A stretch of DNA of 64,000 nt from Atopobium sp. UBA2090 (lineage in GTDB: Bacteria > Actinomycetota > Coriobacteriia > Coriobacteriales > Atopobiaceae), in assembly GCA_002331575.1 (NCBI GenBank), contig DCZG01000050.1:2657-66656 (forward strand), read 5' to 3'. The first letter of the stretch is position 1, and every line of letters begins with the position of its first letter. A program made the position numbers and the translations under genes. The notes beneath the pieces are model-generated. The model searched no databases and was not told where the DNA came from. It saw only the letters and a program-made list of their open reading frames with translations. This document shows, piece after piece, positions 55,699 to 64,000 of the stretch.

Positions 55699-55851
55699 CT
55701 AACGGGGGCAGGCGACAAGGAGCACGAACTCGGCGGCACCGAGGGTGCAGCTGACGAGCAGCGAGGCGACCTTCTCGGCAAGCGTGAGCTCCCCGCGCAG
55801 GCGGCGGTCGTTGCCCTCCCAGAACCTCTCAGCTTTGGGACTCATCCTCAT
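55699..55851 (-). CDS. Small (50 aa) hydrophobic-tailed protein heading the ABC operon
   Basis: ATG at 55851 sits 5 nt after GGAGGGAGG. High third-position GC after codon 12. Hydrophobic stretch VASLLVSCTLGAAEFVLLVAC. The stop lies 27 nt before the ATPase start. Confidence 0.5.
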   Translation of the reverse strand: MRMSPKAERFWEGNDRRLRGELTLAEKVASLLVSCTLGAAEFVLLVACPR

Positions 55852-55952
55852 GGTGTCCTCCCTCCCTCGGAAACGGTACGACACCATAGTGCGCGGAGGG
55901 CGCGAGGGCTGCCATCGAAGCCGCTTACGGCTGAGTGACACTTTCGTAAGGT

Positions 55953-55982
55953 TGGAAAAGGGGACAGGTTGTTTTTCCATGT
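55953..55982 (+). repeat. Left 30-bp terminal inverted repeat
   Basis: tggaaaaggggacaggttgtttttccatgt is the perfect reverse complement of 57403-57432 and is preceded by ggt. Confidence 0.9.
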
Positions 55983-56148
55983 TCTCTATTCCGAGGTTTC
56001 GGCGAGCGTAGTGTTTTCGGGCAGCTGAACGCATCGTACGCGCTACGCGGCCCATGCTCCTTCTCGCCAAAACCGCAGCGAGATTCCAGCGTGATGTAAT
56101 GGTGCAGTGTTCTGTATACCTGAGTCCGCGACGATGCGAGGAGCTGAA

Positions 56149-57204
56149 ATGGCAAAGCACGCAAGACGAGATGAGCAGATTGCGCATCGCGGCATCGTTC
56201 GATATACGGTCGCCAGGTCGCTCGCCCTGTTCATTGGAGCGTTCAGCCTTGCGAACGCCCTCGGCTATGCCCTCGGCCATTCCGCGAACCAGAACATCTG
56301 GTGGATTGACTTCTCGTGGCTCTCGGCGTGGGTTGGCGCTGCCGCCGAGAAGATCGCCGTCATCCTGGAATGCCTCGTCGGAATCGCTCTTGTCACATGG
56401 GCCGTCAGGCCGCAGACGGACGCTCATCGCCGCGCCGTGACTGTCGTTCTTCTCGTCGTGATGGCTGTGTTCGCCGCCCAGAACGTCGTGAGCTACTGGC
56501 AGCTGCTTCTCAACGGGGTGCTCTGGCATGCCCTTCCCGTACCCTTCTCCGTACTCGTTGCGGCCGCCCTTGTCTGGCTCTCCTCTGTCGTCGCGCGCTC
56601 AGAGGTCGTGGCACTCGACGACGCCAGCTCGCGAACGGGCATCGTCATCGGCACGCTCGTGGTCGCGCTGGTCTTTCCGCTGCTTCAGATTTGCCTCTTT
56701 GGCACCACCGACTACCGACGAACATCCGACGCCGCCATCGTCCTTGGCGCTCAGGTCCACTCCGACGGAACACCTTCGTTGGCGTTGTCCGAGCGACTCG
56801 ACACCGCCATCGAGCTCTACCGGCAGGGACGCGTCGGCACGCTGGTGATGAGCGGAGGGCGGGGCTCCGACGAGCCGGTCAACGAGGTCGACGCGATGCG
56901 CGACCATGCCGTGGCAAACGGCGTTCCGGAGTCCGCCGTCCTGCTCGACCCGCAGGGGAATTCCACCGAGGCCACCGTCGCCGACACGGTTCCCCTCATC
57001 GCCGCGCATGGGTGGGAGAGCGTCATCGTGACCAGCAGCTTCTACCACATGCCACGCATCAAGATGATGTATCTCCTCCAGGGCGTGGACGTTCTGACCG
57101 TGCCCACCGTGGGGGACGTGCTGAACGACGGCACGGCCCAGGCCCTTCCGCGCGAGATTCCCGCCTGGTGGGTGTACTGGGCCAAGGGCACGTTCATCGG
57201 CTAG
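56149..57204 (+). CDS. YdcF/ElyC/SanA (DUF218) family protein with an N-terminal multi-TM domain
   Basis: ATG at 56149 follows GAGGAG. C-terminal DUF218 core AIVLGAQV...LVMSGGRG...EATVADTV...VIVTSSFYHMPR. Confidence 0.8.
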   Translation: MAKHARRDEQIAHRGIVRYTVARSLALFIGAFSLANALGYALGHSANQNIWWIDFSWLSAWVGAAAEKIAVILECLVGIALVTWAVRPQTDAHRRAVTVVLLVVMAVFAAQNVVSYWQLLLNGVLWHALPVPFSVLVAAALVWLSSVVARSEVVALDDASSRTGIVIGTLVVALVFPLLQICLFGTTDYRRTSDAAIVLGAQVHSDGTPSLALSERLDTAIELYRQGRVGTLVMSGGRGSDEPVNEVDAMRDHAVANGVPESAVLLDPQGNSTEATVADTVPLIAAHGWESVIVTSSFYHMPRIKMMYLLQGVDVLTVPTVGDVLNDGTAQALPREIPAWWVYWAKGTFIG

Positions 57205-57221
57205 GACGCTCACGACGGCTG

Positions 57222-57246
57222 CCGTCCGCATTTTTCCAGCGGACGG
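57222..57246 (+). terminator. Hairpin downstream of the DUF218 gene
   Basis: ccgtccgc-atttttcca-gcggacgg lies 18 nt after stop 57204. The T tract is weak. Confidence 0.4.
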
Positions 57247-57402
57247 ATTACGTACCTCTCGCCTGGCGTCGGAGCAGGACCTCCGCACACGCGTGGCTCG
57301 ACTTTTTCGCGACAAATGCATCGCACGTTGCGTTCGTCCGTTAAACATGCATCCACGCGTGCGGAGAAGGACCCCGGCAACCTCGCTCGTCCTTCTCGGC
57401 TG

Positions 57403-57432
57403 ACATGGAAAAACAACCTGTCCCCTTTTCCA
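57403..57432 (-). repeat. Right 30-bp terminal inverted repeat
   Basis: acatggaaaaacaacctgtccccttttcca is followed by ggt and ends 5 nt before the kinase stop codon. Confidence 0.9.
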
Positions 57433-57437
57433 GGTTT

Positions 57438-58469
57438 TCAGACCACCTGGGTGAGGTTGGTGGGAAACGTCAGCGTCGCGCGGGTGAAGCCCCCCTGCTC
57501 CGACTCCATGCGAACGCCCACACCCATCTTGTCGCAGAGCCGCTTCACGAGGTAGAGTCCCAGGCCCGTCGACTTCGTCTGACCCTCGAGTCGACCGTTC
57601 TGCCCGACGAAGCCCTTGTCGAAGACGCGTGGGAGGTCCTCGGCCGGGATGCCGATGCCGTTGTCCTCGACGGCGAGCTCCACGCACTCATCGGCGGTAC
57701 CGCGCCCCCGGACCCGGGCGGAGAAGGCAAGGCAGGGGGCGGCGGCGCGATACTTCACCGCGTTCTCGACGAGCTGGCCGAGCACGAAGCTCATCCACTT
57801 GGCATCGGCGAACACGGTCACGTCGAGGCCCTGCACCTCCACGCGCACGCCACCGTCGATGAGGGAACGGGCGTGCCCCCTCACCGCGTCGGTGACGATG
57901 TCCCTGAGCCGCACCTCGCGAATGACGTAGTCCCGGTCGAGGGTCGCTGAGCGCGCGTAGTAGAGCGCCTGGTCGACGTAGCCGTCGATGCGCCCGAGCT
58001 CACGCGCGAGAGACGACGAGACCTGCCCAGGATTGCTGTCGGTGATGATCCTTGCCGCGGCGATGGGCGTCTTGACCTCGTGAACCCACGCCTCGACGTA
58101 CTCGCGGTACTCGTTCGACTCGTCACGAGCGGCGTCAGCCTCGACACGACCCTCGCGCGAGACCGCCTCGATGGCGTCCCACGCAATCTCCCCCTCGACG
58201 AAGCTCGGCTCCCCCACGAGCTCGACGGCGTTGAGCGGGGACTCGTCCTCACCACTCGTGGCGGCGGCAAGGTCGCTCCAGAACCGATGCCTGCGGCCGT
58301 AGTCGAGCGCGCCGCGCGCGACCGCGGCACCGAGGAGCAGGAGATCGAGAAAGACGATGGCATCGCGTCCCATGCCGCTGCCGTCCAGGACCACGTCCAC
58401 AAGGAGGACGGAGAGCAGCGTCACGCAGACGGAGGCGGCGCGATCGCGAAGGTATCTTCCGAGTCCCAT
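57438..58469 (-). CDS. BceS-like intramembrane-sensing histidine kinase
   Basis: Two N-terminal TM helices with a minimal loop. H-box VHEVKTPIAA. ATPase motifs VEDNGIGIP and STGLGLYLV. ATG at 58469 lies 8 nt after the regulator stop. An alternative overlapping GTG is at 58499. Confidence 0.85.
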   Translation of the reverse strand: MGLGRYLRDRAASVCVTLLSVLLVDVVLDGSGMGRDAIVFLDLLLLGAAVARGALDYGRRHRFWSDLAAATSGEDESPLNAVELVGEPSFVEGEIAWDAIEAVSREGRVEADAARDESNEYREYVEAWVHEVKTPIAAARIITDSNPGQVSSSLARELGRIDGYVDQALYYARSATLDRDYVIREVRLRDIVTDAVRGHARSLIDGGVRVEVQGLDVTVFADAKWMSFVLGQLVENAVKYRAAAPCLAFSARVRGRGTADECVELAVEDNGIGIPAEDLPRVFDKGFVGQNGRLEGQTKSTGLGLYLVKRLCDKMGVGVRMESEQGGFTRATLTFPTNLTQVV

Positions 58470-58476
58470 GGCTCGC

Positions 58477-59139
58477 CTACACCGAATAGCCCTGGCCACG
58501 GTGCGTGACCAGGTAGTCGTTCACGCCGAGACGGGCGAGCGTCTGACGCAGCCGGTTGATGTTCACCGTGAGGGTGTTGTCATCCACGAAGGCATCCGAG
58601 TCCCACAGCTCCACCATGATCGTCTCGCGAGGAACGATCGCGCCGGCGCTCCTCATGAGAAGCGAGAGGATGCGGAGCTCGTTCTTCGTGAGCTCAACGG
58701 TTCGTCCGTTGGCAGTCACGGTGGACCGCGACACGTCGAGCGTGAGCCCGCTGTGCGACATCGTGGTCGCAGCCATCCCTCCCACGCGTCGCAGGAGCGC
58801 CTCGATGCGGACGAGAAGGACGTGGCTGCTGTAGGGCTTGGCGATGAAGTCGTCGGCGCCGAGCGTCATGCACATGACCTCGTCGATCTCGCCGGTTCGG
58901 CTCGTCACGACGATGATGGGGACGCTCGAGCGGCTGCGAATCTCCCGGCACACGACGGTGCCATCGAGGCTGGGGAGGTTGAGGTCGAGAAGCACGAGGT
59001 CGGGGCTTGCCTCCAGCGTCGCGTCGACCACGCGGTCGAACGACGTGACGACAACGGGCTCGTGGCCGTTCTTCTGGAGCATCTCCGACAGGGCGGAGCG
59101 AATCGACTCGTCGTCCTCGATGATCGCTATTCTCGCCAC
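58477..59139 (-). CDS. OmpR/PhoB-family response regulator (BceR-like)
   Basis: Receiver domain MARIAIIEDD...LVLLDLNLPSLDG, followed by a winged helix LTKNELRILSLL...THRGQGY. Confidence 0.93.
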   Translation of the reverse strand: MARIAIIEDDESIRSALSEMLQKNGHEPVVVTSFDRVVDATLEASPDLVLLDLNLPSLDGTVVCREIRSRSSVPIIVVTSRTGEIDEVMCMTLGADDFIAKPYSSHVLLVRIEALLRRVGGMAATTMSHSGLTLDVSRSTVTANGRTVELTKNELRILSLLMRSAGAIVPRETIMVELWDSDAFVDDNTLTVNINRLRQTLARLGVNDYLVTHRGQGYSV

Positions 59140-59230
59140 GAGCGCCTCCCTCAGATGGTGCCGACACGGCCCATTATCGCACGCGACGCGACAGGTTCAA
59201 AAACGAGGACACCACTCGCGTCTGAAGGCG

Positions 59231-60718
59231 TTATCTCGCAGCGGCTTCCCTCTTGTCGGCATCCGCATGCTTGTTGCCGTAGGCGAGAAGCACGCCCGCT
59301 CCCACCGCGATCCAGGCGATTGTGATGACCCACTCCACGCCGTTGAGGGCGGCGGGGCTGAAGGGCACGACCATCAGGGCGATGACGATGATCCCGGCCA
59401 CCATGGCGCAGACGATGCCCGCCATGCCGCCGTTGACCTTGTATGGACGCGGCAGGTTCGGCTCGGTCTTGCGCAGCTTGAAGCAGGCGAACCCGGCCAT
59501 GGTGCAGGCGAAGATGAAACCGAGCGAGGCGACGTTGGTCAGCGGGACGAGCATGTTCCGGCCGAGGAACGGACCGACGAGCGTGAGCACCGCCATGACG
59601 ATGTTGGCCTTGCGCGGGGCGCCGCTCCTGGGGTCGATCTCGGCGAACGACGGGGGCAGCATCTCCTTGCGACCCATGGCGAGCATGAGGCGGGACGACG
59701 CACCGAAGAACGAGTTCATCGGGCCGAGGGGGCCGAGGGTGCCGATGGTGAGCATCGCGAGGTAGAAGAAGATGTTGATGCGCTCGAGCACGGCCAGCGC
59801 GGGAACGGACAGGGTCACGAACTCGTGCCAGTCGACGATGGTGCCAAAGGAGTAGATGCAGACGAGGTAGAAGATGCCCGAGGCGAGAAGGGCGATGGCC
59901 GGGATGAGACCGAACTTCTTCCAGTCGAGGTTGGCCGAGGCCTCCTCGGCCTGCTGCGGGATGGTGTCGAAGCCCGCATAGAAGAAGGGGGTCATGACGA
60001 GCACGGCCACGACGCCGCCGAGAAGGCTCGTGGCATCCGTGGAGCTACCGCCCGCGGCATCCGTGACCTGCGAGAAGACGGGAAGCGCGTTGGACGGTGA
60101 GCCAGTCATGAACGAGATGACCATGGCAAGGACCATACCGGCGAGCAGCGCCTTGGTGAGAAAGCCCGAGAGCTTTGCCGCCGCGCCGGCGCCATGGAAG
60201 TTGAGGTAGATGACGAGAACCGCGAAGCACAGGGCGATGACCGTCGGCCACAGGTAGACGTCGGCACCCAGAATCGAGTAGAGCCTCACCGAGCGGAGCC
60301 ATGTGAGCGCGGGGAGCTGCGACCAACGATCGGTCAGCAGTGTGGAGATCGCGATGGCCTCCCACGGGCACAGCGGCGCGTTGCCGAGAAGGAGCATCCA
60401 GCCCGTGAAGAATCCCATCTTCCTGCCATACGTGCGGTCGACGTACTCGATGATGCCGCCGGAGATCGGGATGGCGGCGGTGAGCTCTCCGAAGCACATG
60501 CCGATGGGGACGAGGAACAGGGCACCAATCGCGAAGGCGATCATGGCGGGAATCGGGCCACCGCCGAGTATCATCCAGTCGCCGACGAGAAGGACCCAGC
60601 CGGTGCCGATGATGGCCCCGAAGCCGATGGTGAAGAAGTTGAAGAGCGTGAGCTCCTTCTTCATCCCGGTGCCCCCTCCCCCCGTGGTCTGGTCATGTGT
60701 GCTGGCTATCTCTGACAT
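59231..60718 (-). CDS. APC-family amino acid permease
   Basis: ATG at 60718 follows AGGAGGGGG. N-terminus LTLFNFFTIGFGAIIGTGWVLLVGDW. 12-TM profile. Confidence 0.85.
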   Translation of the reverse strand: MSEIASTHDQTTGGGGTGMKKELTLFNFFTIGFGAIIGTGWVLLVGDWMILGGGPIPAMIAFAIGALFLVPIGMCFGELTAAIPISGGIIEYVDRTYGRKMGFFTGWMLLLGNAPLCPWEAIAISTLLTDRWSQLPALTWLRSVRLYSILGADVYLWPTVIALCFAVLVIYLNFHGAGAAAKLSGFLTKALLAGMVLAMVISFMTGSPSNALPVFSQVTDAAGGSSTDATSLLGGVVAVLVMTPFFYAGFDTIPQQAEEASANLDWKKFGLIPAIALLASGIFYLVCIYSFGTIVDWHEFVTLSVPALAVLERINIFFYLAMLTIGTLGPLGPMNSFFGASSRLMLAMGRKEMLPPSFAEIDPRSGAPRKANIVMAVLTLVGPFLGRNMLVPLTNVASLGFIFACTMAGFACFKLRKTEPNLPRPYKVNGGMAGIVCAMVAGIIVIALMVVPFSPAALNGVEWVITIAWIAVGAGVLLAYGNKHADADKREAAAR

Positions 60719-60948
60719 GCCCCCTCCTTCCGAATCGACTGCGTCGTGTTGCCGAACGCTCGGGTTCCTGACTCCCCGGCAGCCCAAAGCCCCGGCCTCC
60801 TGCTTTCTTCTCGTCCCAAACTAGTGGTCTGCAAGGGCCCTCCCCGCTCGCTGGAGACCTGCGGGGCGGAGCGGAAAACGAGCGGAACCGCCCGGGCGGC
60901 GAATGGCCAAGCAACTGCCAGAGCGCTACGATACTGCCCGACATCGAC

Positions 60949-61923
60949 ATGAGCGGGGCGGAATTGGCAGAAAACGAGCAGTTCATAGGGCGCTTCGCGC
61001 CGACCCCCTCCGGACGCATGCACCTGGGGAACGCATTCTCGTGCCTCTTGGCATGGCTGGCGGCGCGCTCCGCCGGCGGCCGCATGATCCTGCGGATCGA
61101 AGACCTCGACCCGCGCGCCCAGGACCCCCTAGCAGCTCGTCTCGTCATGGACGACCTCGCCTGGCTCGGGCTCGATTGGGACGAGGGCCCCTTTTTCCAG
61201 AGCCGTCGCACCGACGTCTACGCCGAGGCGATCTCTCGGCTCGAGGCCAGGGGCCTCACCTATCCCTGCTTTTGCACCCGTTCCGAGCTTCATGCGTCAA
61301 CCGCGCCTCACGCCTCCGATGGCACCTACGTGTATCAGGGGACCTGCCGCAACCTCTCACCCGCTGAGGTGGCTCGTCGTTCACGGGTTCGCCCGCCCGC
61401 GACGCGTCTCCGCGTCCCCGACGCGACGGACCCCGCAGCCGTGGTTCGCTTCCGCGACCTCGTCTGCGGTCCTCAGGAGGAAAACCTCGCCCGGGAGTGC
61501 GGAGACTTCCTCGTGCGGAGAAGCGACGGGGTGGTCGCCTATCAGCTCGCCGTCGTGGTTGACGACGCTCTCATGGGCGTTACGCAGGTGGTGCGCGGAC
61601 GCGACCTCCTCGGTTCGGTCGCCAGACAGATCTACCTCCATCATCTTCTCGGCTCTGAACCTCCGAGCTTCGCTCACGTGCCACTCCTCGTCGCGCCAGA
61701 CGGTCGGCGCCTCTCCAAGAGAGACCGCGACCTCGACCTCGGCTTCATCAGGGGGCACGAGCAGGGTCCCGAGCGCGTGGTGGGCATCCTCGCCCACGCC
61801 GCGGGACTAGCTGAGAAGGACGAGAGCATGAGCGCCGCCGATCTCGTTCCGCGCTTCTCATGGGAGGCACTCGCGGGATGTCCCAACGAGATTGTCGCGG
61901 ACGGAGATTTTCTTGCGCAATGA
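60949..61923 (+). CDS. gluQ: Glutamyl-Q tRNA(Asp) synthetase (truncated GluRS paralogue)
   Basis: RFAPTPSGRMHLGN (HIGH-like) and RLSKRD (KMSKS-like). About 320 aa with no anticodon-binding domain. Confidence 0.85.
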   Translation: MSGAELAENEQFIGRFAPTPSGRMHLGNAFSCLLAWLAARSAGGRMILRIEDLDPRAQDPLAARLVMDDLAWLGLDWDEGPFFQSRRTDVYAEAISRLEARGLTYPCFCTRSELHASTAPHASDGTYVYQGTCRNLSPAEVARRSRVRPPATRLRVPDATDPAAVVRFRDLVCGPQEENLARECGDFLVRRSDGVVAYQLAVVVDDALMGVTQVVRGRDLLGSVARQIYLHHLLGSEPPSFAHVPLLVAPDGRRLSKRDRDLDLGFIRGHEQGPERVVGILAHAAGLAEKDESMSAADLVPRFSWEALAGCPNEIVADGDFLAQ

Positions 61924-61979
61924 GCTGCGGCGGTTGTGATGCCACCCGCTTGGGGGTATCATTCTCTGGCACAACGTTC

Positions 61980-62070
61980 GGAGAGCTGACCGAGAGGCCG
62001 AAGGTGCTCGCCTGCTAAGCGAGTATAGGACTAAATCCTATCTGGGGTTCGAATCCCCAGCTCTCCGCCA
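61980..62070 (+). tRNA. tRNA-Ser (anticodon GCU), CCA encoded
   Basis: Acceptor ggagagc/gctctcc, anticodon arm ctcgc-cuGCUaa-gcgag, long variable arm tagga/tccta, T arm tgggg-ttcgaat-cccca. Confidence 0.93.
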
Positions 62071-62079
62071 GGACACCCA

Positions 62080-62109
62080 GCCCGTCGGCACCAGCCGACG
62101 GGCTTTTTT
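62080..62109 (+). terminator. Intrinsic terminator after tRNA-Ser
   Basis: gcccgtcgg-caccag-ccgacgggc followed by TTTTTT. Confidence 0.8.
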
Positions 62110-62231
62110 CTTGCAGGTGCCACAGCTGCCTCCTTGGGCGGCCAGAGCAACTCGTTCGTGTCTGACAATCATGGAAATCTCTGCTCACCCTTGACGAAGG
62201 TGCCTCGACGTGGCATCTTATCTAACTGCAC

Positions 62232-62308
62232 GCGCCGTTACCTCAGCTGGATAGAGGACCTGACTACGAATCAGGGCGTCATAGGTTCGAATCCTATACG
62301 GCGCACCA
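62232..62308 (+). tRNA. tRNA-Arg (anticodon ACG), CCA encoded
   Basis: Acceptor gcgccgt/acggcgc, D arm cctc/gagg, anticodon arm cctga-cuACGaa-tcagg, T arm atagg-ttcgaat-cctat. Confidence 0.93.
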
Positions 62309-62318
62309 CGCAAATGAC

Positions 62319-62345
62319 GGAGCCCCTTCGGGGGCTCCTTTTTTT
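62319..62345 (+). terminator. Intrinsic terminator after tRNA-Arg
   Basis: ggagcccc-ttcg-ggggctcc followed by seven T residues. Confidence 0.85.
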
Positions 62346-62359
62346 ACGAGCTAGCAGGG

Positions 62360-62731
62360 TCACAAACCTGAGGGCCGGAACTGCAGGACGGAATCCTTCC
62401 CGAGCGTCGCGTAGACATACTCCACCCCGGCAGCATCACAGATGTCCATGAGATCGATGAGGGCATGGTCCTTCTCTGTGAGCCATTCCTCCACGCAGCC
62501 GCGCACGTCTCCTTCCCAGTGCCTCTCCTCCGCGAGTCTTTGCAGCGCGGCCTCCCCCAAGCTGATGCGCGAGACATGTCTGTCCTCGTCGTATACCAGT
62601 CGCGCAGAGGGTCCTGAGACCTCCTCGCGGACAGAGAGGCCCCCCGTGCCGTCGCCGCCGACGAATACCTCGCGGACGTCATCCGCCTCCGAGAACCTGG
62701 CCACCAAACGGGCGTCGCACTTCGCATCCAT
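62360..62731 (-). CDS. Hypothetical acidic cytoplasmic protein (123 aa)
   Basis: ATG at 62731 sits 7 nt after GGGAGGGAG (17th codon of ORF 62360..62779). No recognisable motifs. Confidence 0.55.
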   Translation of the reverse strand: MDAKCDARLVARFSEADDVREVFVGGDGTGGLSVREEVSGPSARLVYDEDRHVSRISLGEAALQRLAEERHWEGDVRGCVEEWLTEKDHALIDLMDICDAAGVEYVYATLGKDSVLQFRPSGL

Positions 62732-62903
62732 GTCAAATCTCCCTCCCGTTATGCCTATGTCATGTTCTATCATACCCACATGCCGTGATACTAGAACACA
62801 TGTTCTAGTCTATTTTGCTCCACCGTATTTTGACTGAAGTTCGAAAGGCCTCGGTCGTTTGGGGTATCAGGAACATATTCAAGCGCGGGGATTGGAGCTA
62901 GGT

Positions 62904-63842
62904 ATGGCCAGAGTGGACGGCATAGGAGTGGCGTTCTGCGGCGGAGGCTTTCGCTCCTTCGCGGAGGTGGCCGCCATCGAGGACATGGATCGGAACGGCA
63001 TTCGCATCGGTGCGGTCGCGGGAACCTCCATGGGTGCCCTCGTAGCGGTCCTCGCGGGCGCCGGCCTCCCAGCGTCACAGATCGCGGACCTCCTGATCAA
63101 GATGGACCAGCGCGTAGTCGACGAGGGCGTCCTCAGGAACATCAAGCTCAAGGCCATCGGACTTCTCGGCGGCGTCAATGGACTCGTGGACTCGTCCATC
63201 CTCGAACGCTTCGCCCGCGACATCCTCGACGAGGCGGGTGTCAAGACCATGGACGACATGAGGATGCCCGTCGCGCTCCCCGCCTGTGACATCGTGAGCG
63301 GCGACCTCTGCGTCTTCACGAACGACTCGAGTCTCTTCTCGGACGCAGACGGCGGCTGGACCTGCCTGACCGGCAACCTCGACCTCGCCCGCTGCATCAC
63401 GGCGTCGGCCTCGTATCCCCTCGTCATCTCGCCGACCGAGTACCTGGGGAGGACCTTCATGGACGGCGGCTGCCGCATGAACCTTCCCACGCCCCTCTTC
63501 GACCGCTCGCAGGTAGATGCCGTCGTGGGCGTGGGCATGGTCAAGCACGCGCAGCCGACGTCGGACCTCTCGCCGCTCAGCATCGCCAAACGGACGATGA
63601 GCTGCGGCGCCAACCAGCTCGACCGCATCTACAGCCAGGTGGCGGACATCTACATCAACCTGCCCGTCTCCGGCGACGACGCCTTCCAGGCAGGGACTGG
63701 CCGACAGGTCATCGCCGAGGCGCGTCAGATGATCGTCGACCGCCCCGTCGACTGGACGCATGCGAAGCCGACCGCCCTCGAGGCGGTTCGCCGGGCGGCC
63801 GTGGACGCCCTCTCGCGCATGGTGAGAACCCACACCGACTAG
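62904..63842 (+). CDS. Patatin-like phospholipase
   Basis: ATG at 62904. Oxyanion hole CGGGFRS, nucleophile elbow GTSMG and catalytic Asp in FMDGGC. Confidence 0.85.
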   Translation: MARVDGIGVAFCGGGFRSFAEVAAIEDMDRNGIRIGAVAGTSMGALVAVLAGAGLPASQIADLLIKMDQRVVDEGVLRNIKLKAIGLLGGVNGLVDSSILERFARDILDEAGVKTMDDMRMPVALPACDIVSGDLCVFTNDSSLFSDADGGWTCLTGNLDLARCITASASYPLVISPTEYLGRTFMDGGCRMNLPTPLFDRSQVDAVVGVGMVKHAQPTSDLSPLSIAKRTMSCGANQLDRIYSQVADIYINLPVSGDDAFQAGTGRQVIAEARQMIVDRPVDWTHAKPTALEAVRRAAVDALSRMVRTHTD

Positions 63843-63876
63843 AGGACGGGCACGTCATCGCTCCCCTGACGTGCGC

Positions 63877-64000
63877 TTACAGCTCGAAGGCATCCTCACC
63901 CGAGGCGGCAAGTCGCCTCTTGAGCTCCTCGATGATGGGGATGCCGGCACTGCAGCCGATGCGCTCGGCGCCTGCCGCCACCATGGCGAGGAAGGCATCG
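63877..64000 (-). CDS. deoC: 3' fragment of a probable deoxyribose-phosphate aldolase
   Basis: The minus-strand frame ends ...DAFLAMVAAGAERIGCSAGIPIIEELKRRLAASGEDAFEL, with stop TAA at 63877-63879. AGAxRIGxSxG is DeoC-like. Confidence 0.5.
   Translation of the reverse strand, partial: DAFLAMVAAGAERIGCSAGIPIIEELKRRLAASGEDAFEL

Larger units (their letters stand above)
55953..57432. mobile_element. 1480-bp cassette bounded by perfect 30-bp TG...CA inverted repeats and GGT direct repeats; carries one passenger gene and no transposase
   Basis: The junctions read GGT|TGGAAAAGG...CCTTTTCCA|GGT. The cassette sits between the kinase stop (57438) and the ABC operon leader. Confidence 0.5.

Noticed and set aside
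55852-56529. The upstream 226 codons of ORF 55699..56529 (276 aa in total).
   Set aside because: This part runs antisense through the DUF218 gene start and the left inverted repeat and has no motifs. Only the last 50 codons, which have their own strong SD, look like a gene.
62134-62451. ORF 62134..62451 (+, 105 aa).
   Set aside because: It spans tRNA-Arg and its terminator, so it is not a protein gene.

Overview
The window is a GC-rich, densely coding chromosomal segment. Its gene content (membrane-anchored LuxR regulators, MurT/GatD, monomeric PFOR, the agmatine-deiminase pathway, many LytTR systems) suggests an anaerobic Actinomycetota, possibly Coriobacteriia; this is inference only. From 1 to 13.7 kb, three GH3 glycosidase genes alternate with AgrC-like kinase / LytTR regulator pairs. 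This block also holds a RAYT-type Y1 transposase bracketed by inverted, identical 44-bp REP-like hairpin elements, with a third copy 7.5 kb away. From 13.8 to 31.7 kb lie a DUF559-like gene, an MFS transporter, a terminator-ended structured RNA upstream of a DUF2798-like gene, DedA and the SRP RNA. They are followed by an AmmeMemoRadiSam gene pair, pgi, trxA, a PAP2 phosphatase, a QueT-glycosyltransferase-kinase-regulator operon and MurT/GatD. From 31.8 to 44.9 kb is an expanded agmatine-deiminase supercluster with two deiminases, two APC antiporters, two carbamate kinases, one putrescine carbamoyltransferase and two membrane LuxR (AguR-like) regulators. It also contains an AT-rich island and tandem 47-bp dyad repeats. 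From 45 to 64 kb lie an amidohydrolase, PFOR and a Bce-like ABC/two-component module split by a 1.48-kb cassette. The cassette is bounded by perfect 30-bp TG...CA inverted repeats and a 3-bp direct repeat. This block ends with an APC permease, GluQRS, tRNA-Ser(GCU), tRNA-Arg(ACG), a patatin-like lipase and a deoC 3' fragment. I saw no CRISPR array and no rRNA. Most long ORFs lying antisense to these genes are GC-driven shadow ORFs. All family calls rest on motifs read by eye, not on database searches.
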